In this document: piece after piece, positions 1 through 9,277 of the stretch | Numbering within the stretch: position 1 is the first letter of the stretch | How the letters are laid out: each line of letters begins with the position of its first letter | From: a virus | Lineage: Duplodnaviria; Caudoviricetes | DNA length: 63,097 nt | IMG/VR virus record: IMGVR_UViG_3300028840_003063 | Coordinates: 1-63,097 of that record | Reading direction: 5' to 3' (one strand) | Notes under the pieces: generated by a model | Database searches by the model: none | Seen by the model: only the letters and a program-made list of their open reading frames with translations | What the model was told of the DNA's origin: nothing | Translations under genes and position numbers: made by a program

Positions 1-226
1 CCGCCTTTATTGCATTTTTATTTAACAGTCTGCATATTAACCAGTTAGCCCATTCTAACGTATTATAATCTTCGCCTTCATTATCACGCCATGAATAATT
101 GTTATCTTTATTCATTAGCATTTTAAATACTTTTCTTAATTGCTTAGGCTCTTTGTTTTGTTTGTAAGCTTCTATCGATTCTTTGCAAGCACCAATAGAT
201 TTTAGATAACTTAATGTAATTTTCAT
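1..226 (-). CDS. 5' part of an Ala/Tyr-repeat protein, paralog of 223..843 (runs off the window start)
   Basis: ATG at 226-224 overlaps the TGA of 223..843. Translates MKITLSYLKSIGACKESIEAYKQNKEP...WANWLICRLLNKNAIKA, near-identical to the upstream gene but with an internal deletion of about 30 codons. Confidence 0.8.
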   Translation of the reverse strand, partial: MKITLSYLKSIGACKESIEAYKQNKEPKQLRKVFKMLMNKDNNYSWRDNEGEDYNTLEWANWLICRLLNKNAIKA

Positions 227-843
227 TTATTTTCCTTTATGTTTAATAATTTTAATCCATATTTTAATATTTTAATTCTTAATTTATTTTTTTTGCCAAT
301 ATAAGCTGCTGTATAAACAGCAGCAACATAGGCAGCATAGGCAATGTAGGCAGCGTAGGCATTGGGATAGGCAGTGTAGACAACGTAGGCAGCGTAGGCA
401 GCGTAGACATTGGCATAGGCAGCGTAGACATTGGCATAGACAATGTAGGCATTGGCATAGGCAACATAGGCAGCGTAGGCATCGGTGGCATTTTCTTGAT
501 TTGGATTCTTAATATATTTTTCTGCCGCCTTTATTGCATTTTTATTTACTTGTGGTATTTCTTTCCCTTTATCTGTATATACTATCTTATTTGCTTGTTT
601 TGCTGCAAACACAGCATATTGAATTTTCTGTTTGTTATTTAACAGTCTGCATATTAACCAGTTAGCCCATTCTAACGTATTATAATCTTCGCCTTCATTA
701 TCACGCCATGAATAATTGTTATCTTTATTCATTAGCATTTTAAATACTTTTTTTAATTCCTTAGGCTCTTTGTTTTGTTTATAAGCTTCTATTAATTCTT
801 TACAAGCTCCAATAGATTTTAAATACTTTAATGTAATTTTCAT
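223..843 (-). CDS. Hypothetical phage protein with AYAAY-type low-complexity repeats
   Basis: ORF track; GGAG RBS; degenerate GCCTAC/GCCTAT repeats at about 300-490. Confidence 0.8.
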   Translation of the reverse strand: MKITLKYLKSIGACKELIEAYKQNKEPKELKKVFKMLMNKDNNYSWRDNEGEDYNTLEWANWLICRLLNNKQKIQYAVFAAKQANKIVYTDKGKEIPQVNKNAIKAAEKYIKNPNQENATDAYAAYVAYANAYIVYANVYAAYANVYAAYAAYVVYTAYPNAYAAYIAYAAYVAAVYTAAYIGKKNKLRIKILKYGLKLLNIKENK

Positions 844-1222
844 TTATTATTCTCCTTTTTATATTTCTCTATCTGAAATTTTATTTCATCACATATTAAC
901 ATTATTTTTACTTCTTCTAGTGTTTTTACTTCTGTGCCTTTAATCATTTTTAACACCCCTTAACTTTTTAATTATTATTTTTTGTTTTTTAATTTTGGCT
1001 TTTAATTTTTTTATTTGTTTTTCCTGTTGATCTATAATATCGTATTTATCCGAAAGAGAATTAATTAAATAAAGTAGTGCGGCATAATTAAAATTCATTT
1101 TATCACCTCTTTACCTAATAATTTGTTTATTTCTTCTTTTAATCTAGGAACTTGATTAGCAAGCTGTTGCCCTAAGTCTTTGTATATAGCTTCTAAGTTG
1201 TCCATAATTTCTCCTTAGTTTT

Positions 1223-1277
1223 TCCTTGCTCTGTATTTTTCATGCAGGCTTGCAACTGCCATCGGCTACATTAAGGA
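1223..1277 (-). ncRNA. Twister self-cleaving ribozyme, type P1
   Basis: Minus strand reads UCCU UAA UGUA GC CGAUG GCAG UUGCAAGC CUGC AUGAAAAA UACA GA GCA AGGA. P1, P2, P4, both pseudoknots (UGC/GCA and GC/GC) and the U^A site are all present. Confidence 0.88.
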
Positions 1278-1300
1278 CAGGCGAGAATTAACTCGCGTTA

Positions 1301-1765
1301 TTATTTTATAATAATATTTTTCCATGAATCATAATTTAAAATATTTTTAATTGTTAAATAAGATTTATTATATATTTTTTGAAATTCTTTAATAGAATAT
1401 TTATTCATATTTTTTCTAATAAATATAATATCTTGTTTTTTTAAATGATTATATTTTTTATTTTTGTATCTATGTTTTTGATTCTGAGAATTTGTACAAT
1501 ATTCTAAATTTTTTAGCCTATTATCTTCTTTAATCCCGTTTTTATGATTCGTTTGTAAATTTTTTTTCCCTAAAAAATTTTCAATTACTAATCTATGTAC
1601 TTGTTTTGTTATGCATTTTTTATTTTTATATAAATTAACAATAAGATATCCGTATTTATTTTTTTTAGCTTTTAATATTTTATTAGTTTTTAAACTTCTA
1701 ATATTACCAAAATTGCTAATTTTATATTTATTAAAACCTTCAATATTTTCCCAAATTTCTTTCAT
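1301..1765 (-). CDS. NUMOD4-HNH homing endonuclease
   Basis: EIWENIEGFNKYKISNFGNIRS (NUMOD4); VHRLV...NHKNGIKEDNRLKNLEYCTNSQN (HNH). Confidence 0.9.
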   Translation of the reverse strand: MKEIWENIEGFNKYKISNFGNIRSLKTNKILKAKKNKYGYLIVNLYKNKKCITKQVHRLVIENFLGKKNLQTNHKNGIKEDNRLKNLEYCTNSQNQKHRYKNKKYNHLKKQDIIFIRKNMNKYSIKEFQKIYNKSYLTIKNILNYDSWKNIIIK

Positions 1766-1810
1766 TATTTCCTCTTAATTTTTGTTAAGTTTCCTTAACC
1801 TTATGTACTA

Positions 1811-1839
1811 AGCATACTACATAATTATATATTTGTCAA
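1811..1839 (-). promoter_or_regulatory. Leftward sigma70-type promoter
   Basis: TTGACA-17 nt-TATGCT on the minus strand. Confidence 0.7.
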
Positions 1840-1941
1840 CAAAAAAGTTAACATTTTTAAACATTTTTTTTAAATATTTTGTAAACAATTATGCATTTAA
1901 TTAACTTATTATGTTTTTTTTATATTAAAGTGTTTTTTTTA

Positions 1942-1970
1942 TTGACAAAACCAAATAAATGTATTATATT
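1942..1970 (+). promoter_or_regulatory. Rightward sigma70-type promoter
   Basis: TTGACA-17 nt-TATATT, divergent from the promoter at 1811-1839. Confidence 0.65.
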
Positions 1971-2059
1971 TTTATTAAATTTGTGCATAATGGCTACACT
2001 CATTCCTTCCTTTTGCTCTTAATTACAGGGTGTAGCCAAATTTTTAAAGGGGGTTAAAA

Positions 2060-2293
2060 GTGGAAGAAAAACGAAAAGATAAACGTTCAGTTTTAAGGCA
2101 AAATAATATTGAAGAACCTTGTGATGATTGGATACCAAATAATAATTATTTTTTTACAAATGAATATATTCAAAAACAATCATTTAAAAAAGGTTTTAAT
2201 GAATGCAAAAAATTAATAATTAATTATATTATTGATTTTCAGCAAAAAAAGATCGACCAAATATGTGAAGACTTAATAGGAGAAAAAATATGA
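2060..2293 (+). CDS. Hypothetical protein
   Basis: GTG start with GGGGG RBS; overlaps the next gene. Confidence 0.6.
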   Translation: MEEKRKDKRSVLRQNNIEEPCDDWIPNNNYFFTNEYIQKQSFKKGFNECKKLIINYIIDFQQKKIDQICEDLIGEKI

Positions 2294-2652
2294 AAACAAT
2301 TGATATTAAAGGTAAACCTTACGTTATGGTTAATGAGCGTATTAAGTTCTTTAGGGAAAGTTTCCCTGAATGGTCTATTATAACAGAAATAGAAAAAATA
2401 AACGAAGGGGCTGTAATTTTTAAATGTCAGATACTAGATGATAAACAAAATGTAAGATCAACTGGGTTTGCATTAGAAAGAAACGACTCATCTTATATTA
2501 ATAAAACAAGTCATATAGAAAATGCAGAAACTTCGGCTATTGGAAGGGCGTTAGGATTTTTAGGGATTGGTATTGATGCAAGTATTGCAACAGCAGAAGA
2601 AGTTTTTAACGCAATAAATAATCAAGGAGAAAAAAATGGAATACAACAATAA
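2290..2652 (+). CDS. ssDNA-annealing recombinase (Rad52/Sak-like)
   Basis: KGKPYVMVNERI...ENAETSAIGRALGFLGIG; followed by SSB and exonuclease genes. Confidence 0.65.
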   Translation: MKTIDIKGKPYVMVNERIKFFRESFPEWSIITEIEKINEGAVIFKCQILDDKQNVRSTGFALERNDSSYINKTSHIENAETSAIGRALGFLGIGIDASIATAEEVFNAINNQGEKNGIQQ

Positions 2653-2923
2653 TAATCGCGGCGCTTTGTGGTTAACGAAAGCAAAAAAAACAGGGCAAAC
2701 ATATATGAGGGGGGAAGTTATAATCAATGGTCAAAAATATTATTTATCTGTTTTTAAAAATAATAAAAAACAATCAGAAAAACACCCTGACTATAACATA
2801 GTTATTAATTTGCCACAACAAAACAAAACTATAAATCAGGTTAATCAAACCTTTAACGACCCTTATAAAGAAAGCAGCAACATTGAGTTTGCAGACAATA
2901 AAGATCAAGATATTCCTTTTTAA
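2636..2923 (+). CDS. ssDNA-binding protein (DUF736-like)
   Basis: GALW...KHPDY core; acidic DIPF C-terminus. Confidence 0.65.
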   Translation: MEYNNNNRGALWLTKAKKTGQTYMRGEVIINGQKYYLSVFKNNKKQSEKHPDYNIVINLPQQNKTINQVNQTFNDPYKESSNIEFADNKDQDIPF

Positions 2924-2935
2924 CTTGGGGTAAAA

Positions 2936-3871
2936 ATGAGTAGATATTCAATAAAACAAATGGGTGTTGATAATGATTTCATTGATTATGTAGGATCTAC
3001 AACAATTACAGGCATTCCGGATAAACCTATGCTTAAACAATGGGCTGTTGACAAAGCTATTGAGTATATAAAAGAAAATTGGGATGTTGATGTTAATTGT
3101 GATAAGTTAACGATGGATGAAAGAAGCGAATATTATAAAGATTATGATAATATGTTAAACCAAGCCCGATACGCTCATAAAACCTATCTTAATCAAACAG
3201 CAGATATTGGAAGCGAGTTACATAAAATAGTAGAAGCTTTTATAAATATTAAAATTTCTATGTATGATGTTCAAGAAACAATGTTTGAGGGGAAAATTAC
3301 ACAAGAAATGTATTTTTTAGATTATGTTTCTAAACAAAAATATAATTTAAAACAAATGTTCTATCAATTCTATAACTGGCAGAAAAAAAAGGTGAAAAAA
3401 TTTATTGAAAGTGAAAAACCAGTTTGCCATAAAGAATTATGCGCTGCTGGAACTTGTGATTTTTTATATCAAGGGTTTAACGATAAAATATACATGACGG
3501 ATTTAAAAACGACATCTTTTAAGCCATATAAGAATAAAAAAACAAATAAAATTGATTACAAATTAAAGGCTCATTATCCAGAACATGAGATACAGGATTC
3601 TTTTTATTGTAAAGCGCGTGAAAATATGTCCGGAAAATATAAAGTAAGGTTTAATCAATATAATAATAACTGGACAAAAGTATTTAATTATAAAAAAGTA
3701 AAAATTGATGGTTGTAAGATATTATATATAGAAAGAGATTTTTTTAATTTATATTGCCATAATGTTAAAGACATTGAAAATAGACAAGAATGTTTTGAGT
3801 CATTGCTTACATATTATTATAAAGTATCTAAAAGGCAAATGAATAATTATCGGGCAATAAATCAAGTATAG
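2936..3871 (+). CDS. PD-(D/E)XK (Cas4/RecB-like) exonuclease
   Basis: GSELH, AGTCD...DLKT, and Q...Y motifs. Confidence 0.75.
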   Translation: MSRYSIKQMGVDNDFIDYVGSTTITGIPDKPMLKQWAVDKAIEYIKENWDVDVNCDKLTMDERSEYYKDYDNMLNQARYAHKTYLNQTADIGSELHKIVEAFINIKISMYDVQETMFEGKITQEMYFLDYVSKQKYNLKQMFYQFYNWQKKKVKKFIESEKPVCHKELCAAGTCDFLYQGFNDKIYMTDLKTTSFKPYKNKKTNKIDYKLKAHYPEHEIQDSFYCKARENMSGKYKVRFNQYNNNWTKVFNYKKVKIDGCKILYIERDFFNLYCHNVKDIENRQECFESLLTYYYKVSKRQMNNYRAINQV

Positions 3872-3899
3872 TCGTATAAATGAACTCCTTAGCGCATTT

Positions 3900-3928
3900 T
3901 ACTGCTTTTGGCGAAACTAAAAGCAGTA
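3900..3928 (+). terminator. Stem-loop (terminator or processing hairpin)
   Basis: TACTGCTTTTGG-CGAAA-CTAAAAGCAGTA. Confidence 0.45.
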
Positions 3929-4037
3929 TTATTAAAACATGACAAAAGAAAGCAAAAAACAAACCATTGAAGATATAAAAGAGCTAAATAAAATATTAAA
4001 AAATAAACAAAAAATAATTAAACCAAAGGAATAGGTT

Positions 4038-4439
4038 ATGGAAATAAGTATAAAAATAGATCAAAACGGAACTATAAATCCAATAGATATAAATGATCGC
4101 AAATGGCTTGTGAGCAAATTAAAACAAAACAAAGAATATAAATGTAAAATTACAAACTCGCGTAATATAAAACATTTAGGCCTTTATTGGTTAACAATGA
4201 AATCTTTACAATTCCACTTTGGCAACACTGATATTGGCTGGCATATGTTCTTTAAGGAATTATTTTTAGAACCTATTATATTTAAAACACGTTCAGGTGA
4301 GATTAAAAAATATGTAAACTCAATATCTTTTGAAAAAATGGATCAAATTCAATTTGATAGTTATTTTGCTAAAATAGTTGATTTATTAAATCAAAAAGGT
4401 TATAGCATTGAAGAGCTTATTAATACAATGGAGGTTTAG
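4038..4439 (+). CDS. NinB/DUF1367-like protein
   Basis: RNIKHLGLYW; SISFEKMDQIQFDSYF. Confidence 0.6.
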   Translation: MEISIKIDQNGTINPIDINDRKWLVSKLKQNKEYKCKITNSRNIKHLGLYWLTMKSLQFHFGNTDIGWHMFFKELFLEPIIFKTRSGEIKKYVNSISFEKMDQIQFDSYFAKIVDLLNQKGYSIEELINTMEV

Positions 4440-4718
4440 CATGAAGATTTTATTATTAGTTTTATTTGTTTTATTCGTTTTATGTTTATTTGGGTGCACC
4501 GAATGATGCAGAATTAAGAGTAATAAAAGATTATGATTTTGATATTGGTATAATGTATTTTGATAATTTTTATACGTAGGAGTTATTATGGATTTATTTG
4601 AAAAAATATCACAGTTATGTGATAGATTAGACCGTATGCCACAAGAAAGCATACCAGCCAAAAAATTACAAACACTTGTAAAAATGGCTAAAAAAAAGAA
4701 AAAAGGAGAGAAAATAAA

Positions 4719-5342
4719 ATGAAATTAAGCAGAGATAATTTAAAGAAATTAAAGGCTTGTGAGGATGGTATAAATTTTCTTGAAAGGAATGGATTAATTG
4801 ATCTTGAATCAGATAATCTTAAAATCACAGGAGATTATGAAAGATATTTTTCATGGTTTCAAGAAAGACAAAATGTAAAAAGGAAATATGATGATAGAGG
4901 AAATTGTATTGAAATAACCAATTCTAGTGGAGATAAGTACACTTACAAATATGATGATAGAAATAATCTTATTGAAAAAATCTATCCTAATGGAGATAAA
5001 ATTACTTACAAATATGATGATAGAAATAATCTTATTGAAATAACCAATTCTAGTGGAGATAAGTACACTTACAAATATGATGATAGAAATAATTGTATTG
5101 AAATAACCTATCCTGATGGATATAAATCCACTTACAAATATGATGATAGAAATAATTGTATTGAAAAAATCTATCCTAATGGAAATAAATCCACTTACAA
5201 ATATGATGATAGAAATAATTGTATTGAAATAATCTATCCTAATGGAAATAAATCCACTTACAAATATAAATTCAAAAATAAGATATTACACAAAATATAT
5301 TGTAATGGTAAATTAAAATGTAAAATAGAGGTGGAAAAATGA
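4719..5342 (+). CDS. YD/RHS-repeat protein
   Basis: Six 21-aa repeats, KYDDRNNxIExxYPxGxKxTY. Confidence 0.8.
   Translation: MKLSRDNLKKLKACEDGINFLERNGLIDLESDNLKITGDYERYFSWFQERQNVKRKYDDRGNCIEITNSSGDKYTYKYDDRNNLIEKIYPNGDKITYKYDDRNNLIEITNSSGDKYTYKYDDRNNCIEITYPDGYKSTYKYDDRNNCIEKIYPNGNKSTYKYDDRNNCIEIIYPNGNKSTYKYKFKNKILHKIYCNGKLKCKIEVEK
4884..5261 (+). repeat. 63-nt tandem repeat, six copies
   Basis: AAATATGATGATAGA recurs every 63 nt. Confidence 0.9.
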
Positions 5343-5584
5343 AACTAAGCAGAGATAATTTAAAGAAAATATTTATAATACCTTTATTAATTCCATTTTT
5401 TATTATAATGTTATGGTTTTCTATCATATATTATGTATTAGTATTTCCTTTATTATCAATTGTGTTTTTCTTTATTATATTACCTAGTCATTTTTTTAAA
5501 AATGACTTTTTTATGTTATGGAGAACTTATTTAGATTTTTGTGTTTTACCTTTTTTAATGATAAAAGATATATTAGAAAACTAA
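5339..5584 (+). CDS. Membrane protein sharing its first 10 codons with 4719..5342
   Basis: MKLSRDNLKK followed by a hydrophobic segment. Confidence 0.6.
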   Translation: MKLSRDNLKKIFIIPLLIPFFIIMLWFSIIYYVLVFPLLSIVFFFIILPSHFFKNDFFMLWRTYLDFCVLPFLMIKDILEN

Positions 5585-5634
5585 CACAATTTTAACATTT
5601 TATCCTTGTAATTAATTATATAGGAGGTATAAAT

Positions 5635-5907
5635 ATGATAATATTTATTTTATCATTACTATTTTTTTTATTTTTATCAAGACTTTTTATTTATTTTATA
5701 ATTAATTTTCGTCATAAAAGAAAAGAAAAATTATTTCACGAATTTATGCATGATGAGCAAGAAGAAATAAAAAAATATAAATGGATTGAATCAGAAAATG
5801 CCGGTAAAGATGTAGGAAATAAAGCCTGTATTGAATGGATTGAACGATACGCTAAGGATTTTAGAAAAAAATGGTATAAAGATCATAAGTTTTGGAGAAA
5901 AAAATGA
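5635..5907 (+). CDS. Membrane-anchored protein, DUF4032-like C-terminus
   Basis: AGGAGG RBS; EIKKYKWIESENAGKDVG...EWIERYA. Confidence 0.55.
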   Translation: MIIFILSLLFFLFLSRLFIYFIINFRHKRKEKLFHEFMHDEQEEIKKYKWIESENAGKDVGNKACIEWIERYAKDFRKKWYKDHKFWRKK

Positions 5908-5973
5908 GAGCGCCAAGCGGTGACTGGATACCTAATAATAATAACGATTAATATATAAAATGGTTAAAAGAGT

Positions 5974-6216
5974 ATGACTAAAAAAGAAAAAGAACAACAA
6001 TATATTAAATGGAAAAAATTATCACGTTTTAATCAAGAAAAATGCAAAAGGCTTGATAAAGAACGTGATATATGGTATAATGATTTAAAAAAAGAAATTA
6101 AAGATAAGTCTGATAAAGAAATTGCACAAATAAAAACAAGAGAATTAAAAAAAATAACTAATAATATTGAATCATCAATGAAAAAATTTAAAGATATATA
6201 TAAAAAAAATGGTTAG
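5974..6216 (+). CDS. Hypothetical protein
   Basis: ORF track, co-oriented with neighbours. Confidence 0.5.
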   Translation: MTKKEKEQQYIKWKKLSRFNQEKCKRLDKERDIWYNDLKKEIKDKSDKEIAQIKTRELKKITNNIESSMKKFKDIYKKNG

Positions 6217-6240
6217 GATATAGATTTTTAAGGAGGTTTA

Positions 6241-6651
6241 ATGCAATATAAAGTAAATATTATAAAATTATTCTCAGATATACAAAAAAAATATCCTAAT
6301 ATAGATATAAAAAAAAGTATTGAAATAATAAAATATATGATTGAGTTAGATTTGTTTCAAATGGAAGGGGTATATCTACATTGTAAAAGTTTAAAAAATT
6401 ATGTAGGATATGGTGCTGATAAAAAGTATTGTAAAACAAAATACGCCAAAATGTTAATGGATGAAAGATGGCTAGTAAAAAAAGAAAAAATATTAAAGAG
6501 AGATAATTATACTTGTGAAAACTGTGGGGATAAAAACAATTTATGTGTTCATCATTTAAAATATGAAAGTTATGTCCCTTGGGAAACTTCTGATAAATAT
6601 TTAATAACATTATGTTTAAAATGTCATAAAAAAATACACGGGAGAGGTTAA
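6241..6651 (+). CDS. HNH endonuclease
   Basis: RDNYTCENCG...VHH...LITLCLKCHKKIH. Confidence 0.85.
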   Translation: MQYKVNIIKLFSDIQKKYPNIDIKKSIEIIKYMIELDLFQMEGVYLHCKSLKNYVGYGADKKYCKTKYAKMLMDERWLVKKEKILKRDNYTCENCGDKNNLCVHHLKYESYVPWETSDKYLITLCLKCHKKIHGRG

Positions 6652-7322
6652 TGGCAATATTTAGGAAAGTTCATTTAGAATTTTGGAATGATGATGAAAT
6701 ATTAGAATATACACCAGAAGATAAATACTTTTTTTTATTTTTAATGACAAACCCAAAAACTAAACAATGCGGTATATATAAAATAAGTATGAAACAAATG
6801 GAATATTATACAGGTTATAATAAAGATACTTTAAATAATCTGGTTGAAAGGTTTGAAAATAAATATAAAAAGATACGATATAATAAAGAAACAAAAGAAA
6901 TGGCAATTAAAAATTGGGCTAAATATAATTACTCTGAGAGTCCAAAAATAAAAGCTTGTATAGAAAAAGAGCTTTTAGATGTTAAAGATGCATTATTGAT
7001 AGAGTATGTATACTCTATGGATACTGTATGCATAGAGTATCCCAATAAGAATAAGAATAAGAATAAGAATAAGAAAGAAGGCTTATATGGAGAATTAAAT
7101 AATGTTCGTTTAACAGAAGACGAATATGAAAGACTAATTAAAGACTATGGAGAAACTATTATAACTAAATATATAAATTCACTTTCTCTCTATCAGCATA
7201 TGGATAAATATAAAGATCACAATAAAGCCCTACGTTCATGGTTAAATAAAGACGATATAAAAAAGCTTAGTCAAACGCCCAAACGTAAATGGATAATACC
7301 AGAAAAACAGGATAAGCTATGA
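6651..7322 (+). CDS. Phage replication initiator (replisome organiser)
   Basis: FRKVHLEFWND...PEDKYFFLFLMTNP; directly upstream of DnaB. Confidence 0.75.
   Translation: MAIFRKVHLEFWNDDEILEYTPEDKYFFLFLMTNPKTKQCGIYKISMKQMEYYTGYNKDTLNNLVERFENKYKKIRYNKETKEMAIKNWAKYNYSESPKIKACIEKELLDVKDALLIEYVYSMDTVCIEYPNKNKNKNKNKKEGLYGELNNVRLTEDEYERLIKDYGETIITKYINSLSLYQHMDKYKDHNKALRSWLNKDDIKKLSQTPKRKWIIPEKQDKL
6999..7073. other. Probable replication origin (iterons plus A-rich tract)
   Basis: Four ATAGAGTAT-type 9-mers at 6999, 7010, 7021 and 7032, then (AATAAG)x5, inside the initiator gene. Confidence 0.55.
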
Positions 7323-8542
7323 AAAATTTAGAATACATTATATTCGCATGCATATTTTATGAGTATGAACATTACATAAAAGTTTTATCTATGGGCAATA
7401 TTTTTATTGAACTTAAATTATACTTTGACACCTTAAAAGAAATGTATGATAAGAACTATAAAATATCATCTTTTTTATTTAAGGATATTTTAAAAAGTAA
7501 AAATATAGATACATCTAAAATAGAGGACGTATTAGATAACCTAGATAATGAGGATGATAATTTTGATTATTACCTAGATAAATATTTAGAAGAATATAAC
7601 GAAAAAAACATTAAATCATTATTTAAGCAATATGAATATAAAAATTTAACTTTAAATGAACTTGAAGATAAAATAATAAATGATAAGAAGATTGTTAATT
7701 TATCTAATAGCCAAAGTATTGCAAGAGTTTACAGTCATGAAGATTTTGAAAAACCAATTAAATCTTTAAAAACAGGTTTTAAATGGTTTGATAATTTTGA
7801 AGGTGGTTTTAGGGTAGGAGAATTAATTAATATAGCAGCCAGAACATCGATAGGAAAAACGAGTCAGCTAAAAATGTTAGCTTTAAATATGTTTAAAGAA
7901 AGACCAGCTATATTTTCATTTGAAATGTCAAAAGAAAGAATATCCAAAGATATATTAGCGACATTAGCAGGTGTTAGCAAAAGAAGATATGCAGCGGGGA
8001 TGCTAGATACAATTGATCAAGAAAAAGTTGATCATGTAAAAAAGAATTTTTATAATGATTTTAACAATATGGAAATTGTAGATAAAAACATTGGTGTTGA
8101 TATGTTATGCATGGAAGCTAAAAGATTAAAAAGAACAAAAAATACAGGCATTATATTTATAGATTATTTACAGATAATAAGAGCTATCATGTTAGAGAAA
8201 AAAGATTTAAGGATAAAAATTAATTATATATCTATGAAGTTACAAAATCTCGCACAGGAATTACAAATACCAGTTGTTGTATTAGCACAACTTAATAGAC
8301 AAGCTGAGGATAGAAAACATCCAATATTAAGAGACTTAAAAGAATCAGGCAAAATCGAAGAGGATGCCGATGTTGTATGGATGCTTGCTAATGAGCAATG
8401 GATTGATGAAAACATGAAAACAGAAGTTATTTTATGGAATGGCATAAGAAAAAACCGTAATGGTGCAACGGGCAAGTTTTTTACACATTTTAACAAGGTC
8501 ACAGGGTTTATACAAGATTGTGATTATGAAGAAAATAAATAG
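7319..8542 (+). CDS. dnaB: DnaB-like replicative helicase
   Basis: AARTSIGKT, IFIDYLQ, LAQLNR, DLKESGKIEEDAD and KNRNG motifs. Confidence 0.92.
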   Translation: MKNLEYIIFACIFYEYEHYIKVLSMGNIFIELKLYFDTLKEMYDKNYKISSFLFKDILKSKNIDTSKIEDVLDNLDNEDDNFDYYLDKYLEEYNEKNIKSLFKQYEYKNLTLNELEDKIINDKKIVNLSNSQSIARVYSHEDFEKPIKSLKTGFKWFDNFEGGFRVGELINIAARTSIGKTSQLKMLALNMFKERPAIFSFEMSKERISKDILATLAGVSKRRYAAGMLDTIDQEKVDHVKKNFYNDFNNMEIVDKNIGVDMLCMEAKRLKRTKNTGIIFIDYLQIIRAIMLEKKDLRIKINYISMKLQNLAQELQIPVVVLAQLNRQAEDRKHPILRDLKESGKIEEDADVVWMLANEQWIDENMKTEVILWNGIRKNRNGATGKFFTHFNKVTGFIQDCDYEENK

Positions 8543-8550
8543 GAGTTAAT

Positions 8551-9220
8551 ATGAATGTCGTATATAATTGTGATTGCATGGAATACATGAAAGATATTGA
8601 AGATAAATGTTTTGATTTAACATTAACTGATCCTCCGTATAATGTAGGCTTAGACTATAATTCATATAATGATAATAAAGATGATTATTATGAATGGTGT
8701 GATATATGGTTTAAAGAGTTATTAAGGATTAGCGATACTGTTGTGTTTACACCTGGGTTTAATAATATTAAACATTGGATTAAAAAAGACTATAAAGAAA
8801 TCATTATTTGGATTAAAAAAAAATTCTTGTACTAGAAATTCTCTAGGCGGTTTTCATATATGGGAACCTATTATGTTTTTTGGAAAAATTCAAAAAAAAA
8901 TTATGAATAATGTTATAGAACATCCTATTTCTATTCAAGAAAATGCTAAATTTCATAGATGTCCAAAAAATTTAAAATTTTGGAAAATATTATTATCAAA
9001 AATTATAAGCCCACCTGCAAATATATTTGATCCGTTTTTAGGGAGTGGCACATCTCGTATAGCTTGTTATGAATTAGGCTTTGACTTTATAGGATGTGAG
9101 TTTGACAAGGATTACTGGGAAGCGCAAGAAAAAAGATTCATGGAGTTTAAAAAGAAATTTCATAATGAATTTTATATAGGTGAAGCTGATTTATTTAAAG
9201 GGCTTGACAACCCATCATAA
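8551..9220 (+). pseudogene. N6A/N4C DNA methyltransferase split by a frameshift in an A9 run (8815-8823)
   Basis: TDPPYN in 8551..8835 and DPFLGSGTS in 8741..9220; A8 instead of A9 restores one frame. Confidence 0.8.
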
Positions 9221-9232
9221 ATATTATATAAT
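9204..9232 (+). promoter_or_regulatory. Consensus sigma70 promoter
   Basis: TTGACA-17-TATAAT. Confidence 0.8.
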
Positions 9233-9277
9233 ATGTATATATACCTATTATATAAAAGATAATTTAAAGAGGATAAT

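Noticed and set aside
279-491. 70-aa Pro/Met/Thr-rich ORF
   Set aside because: Alternative frame of the Ala/Tyr repeat.
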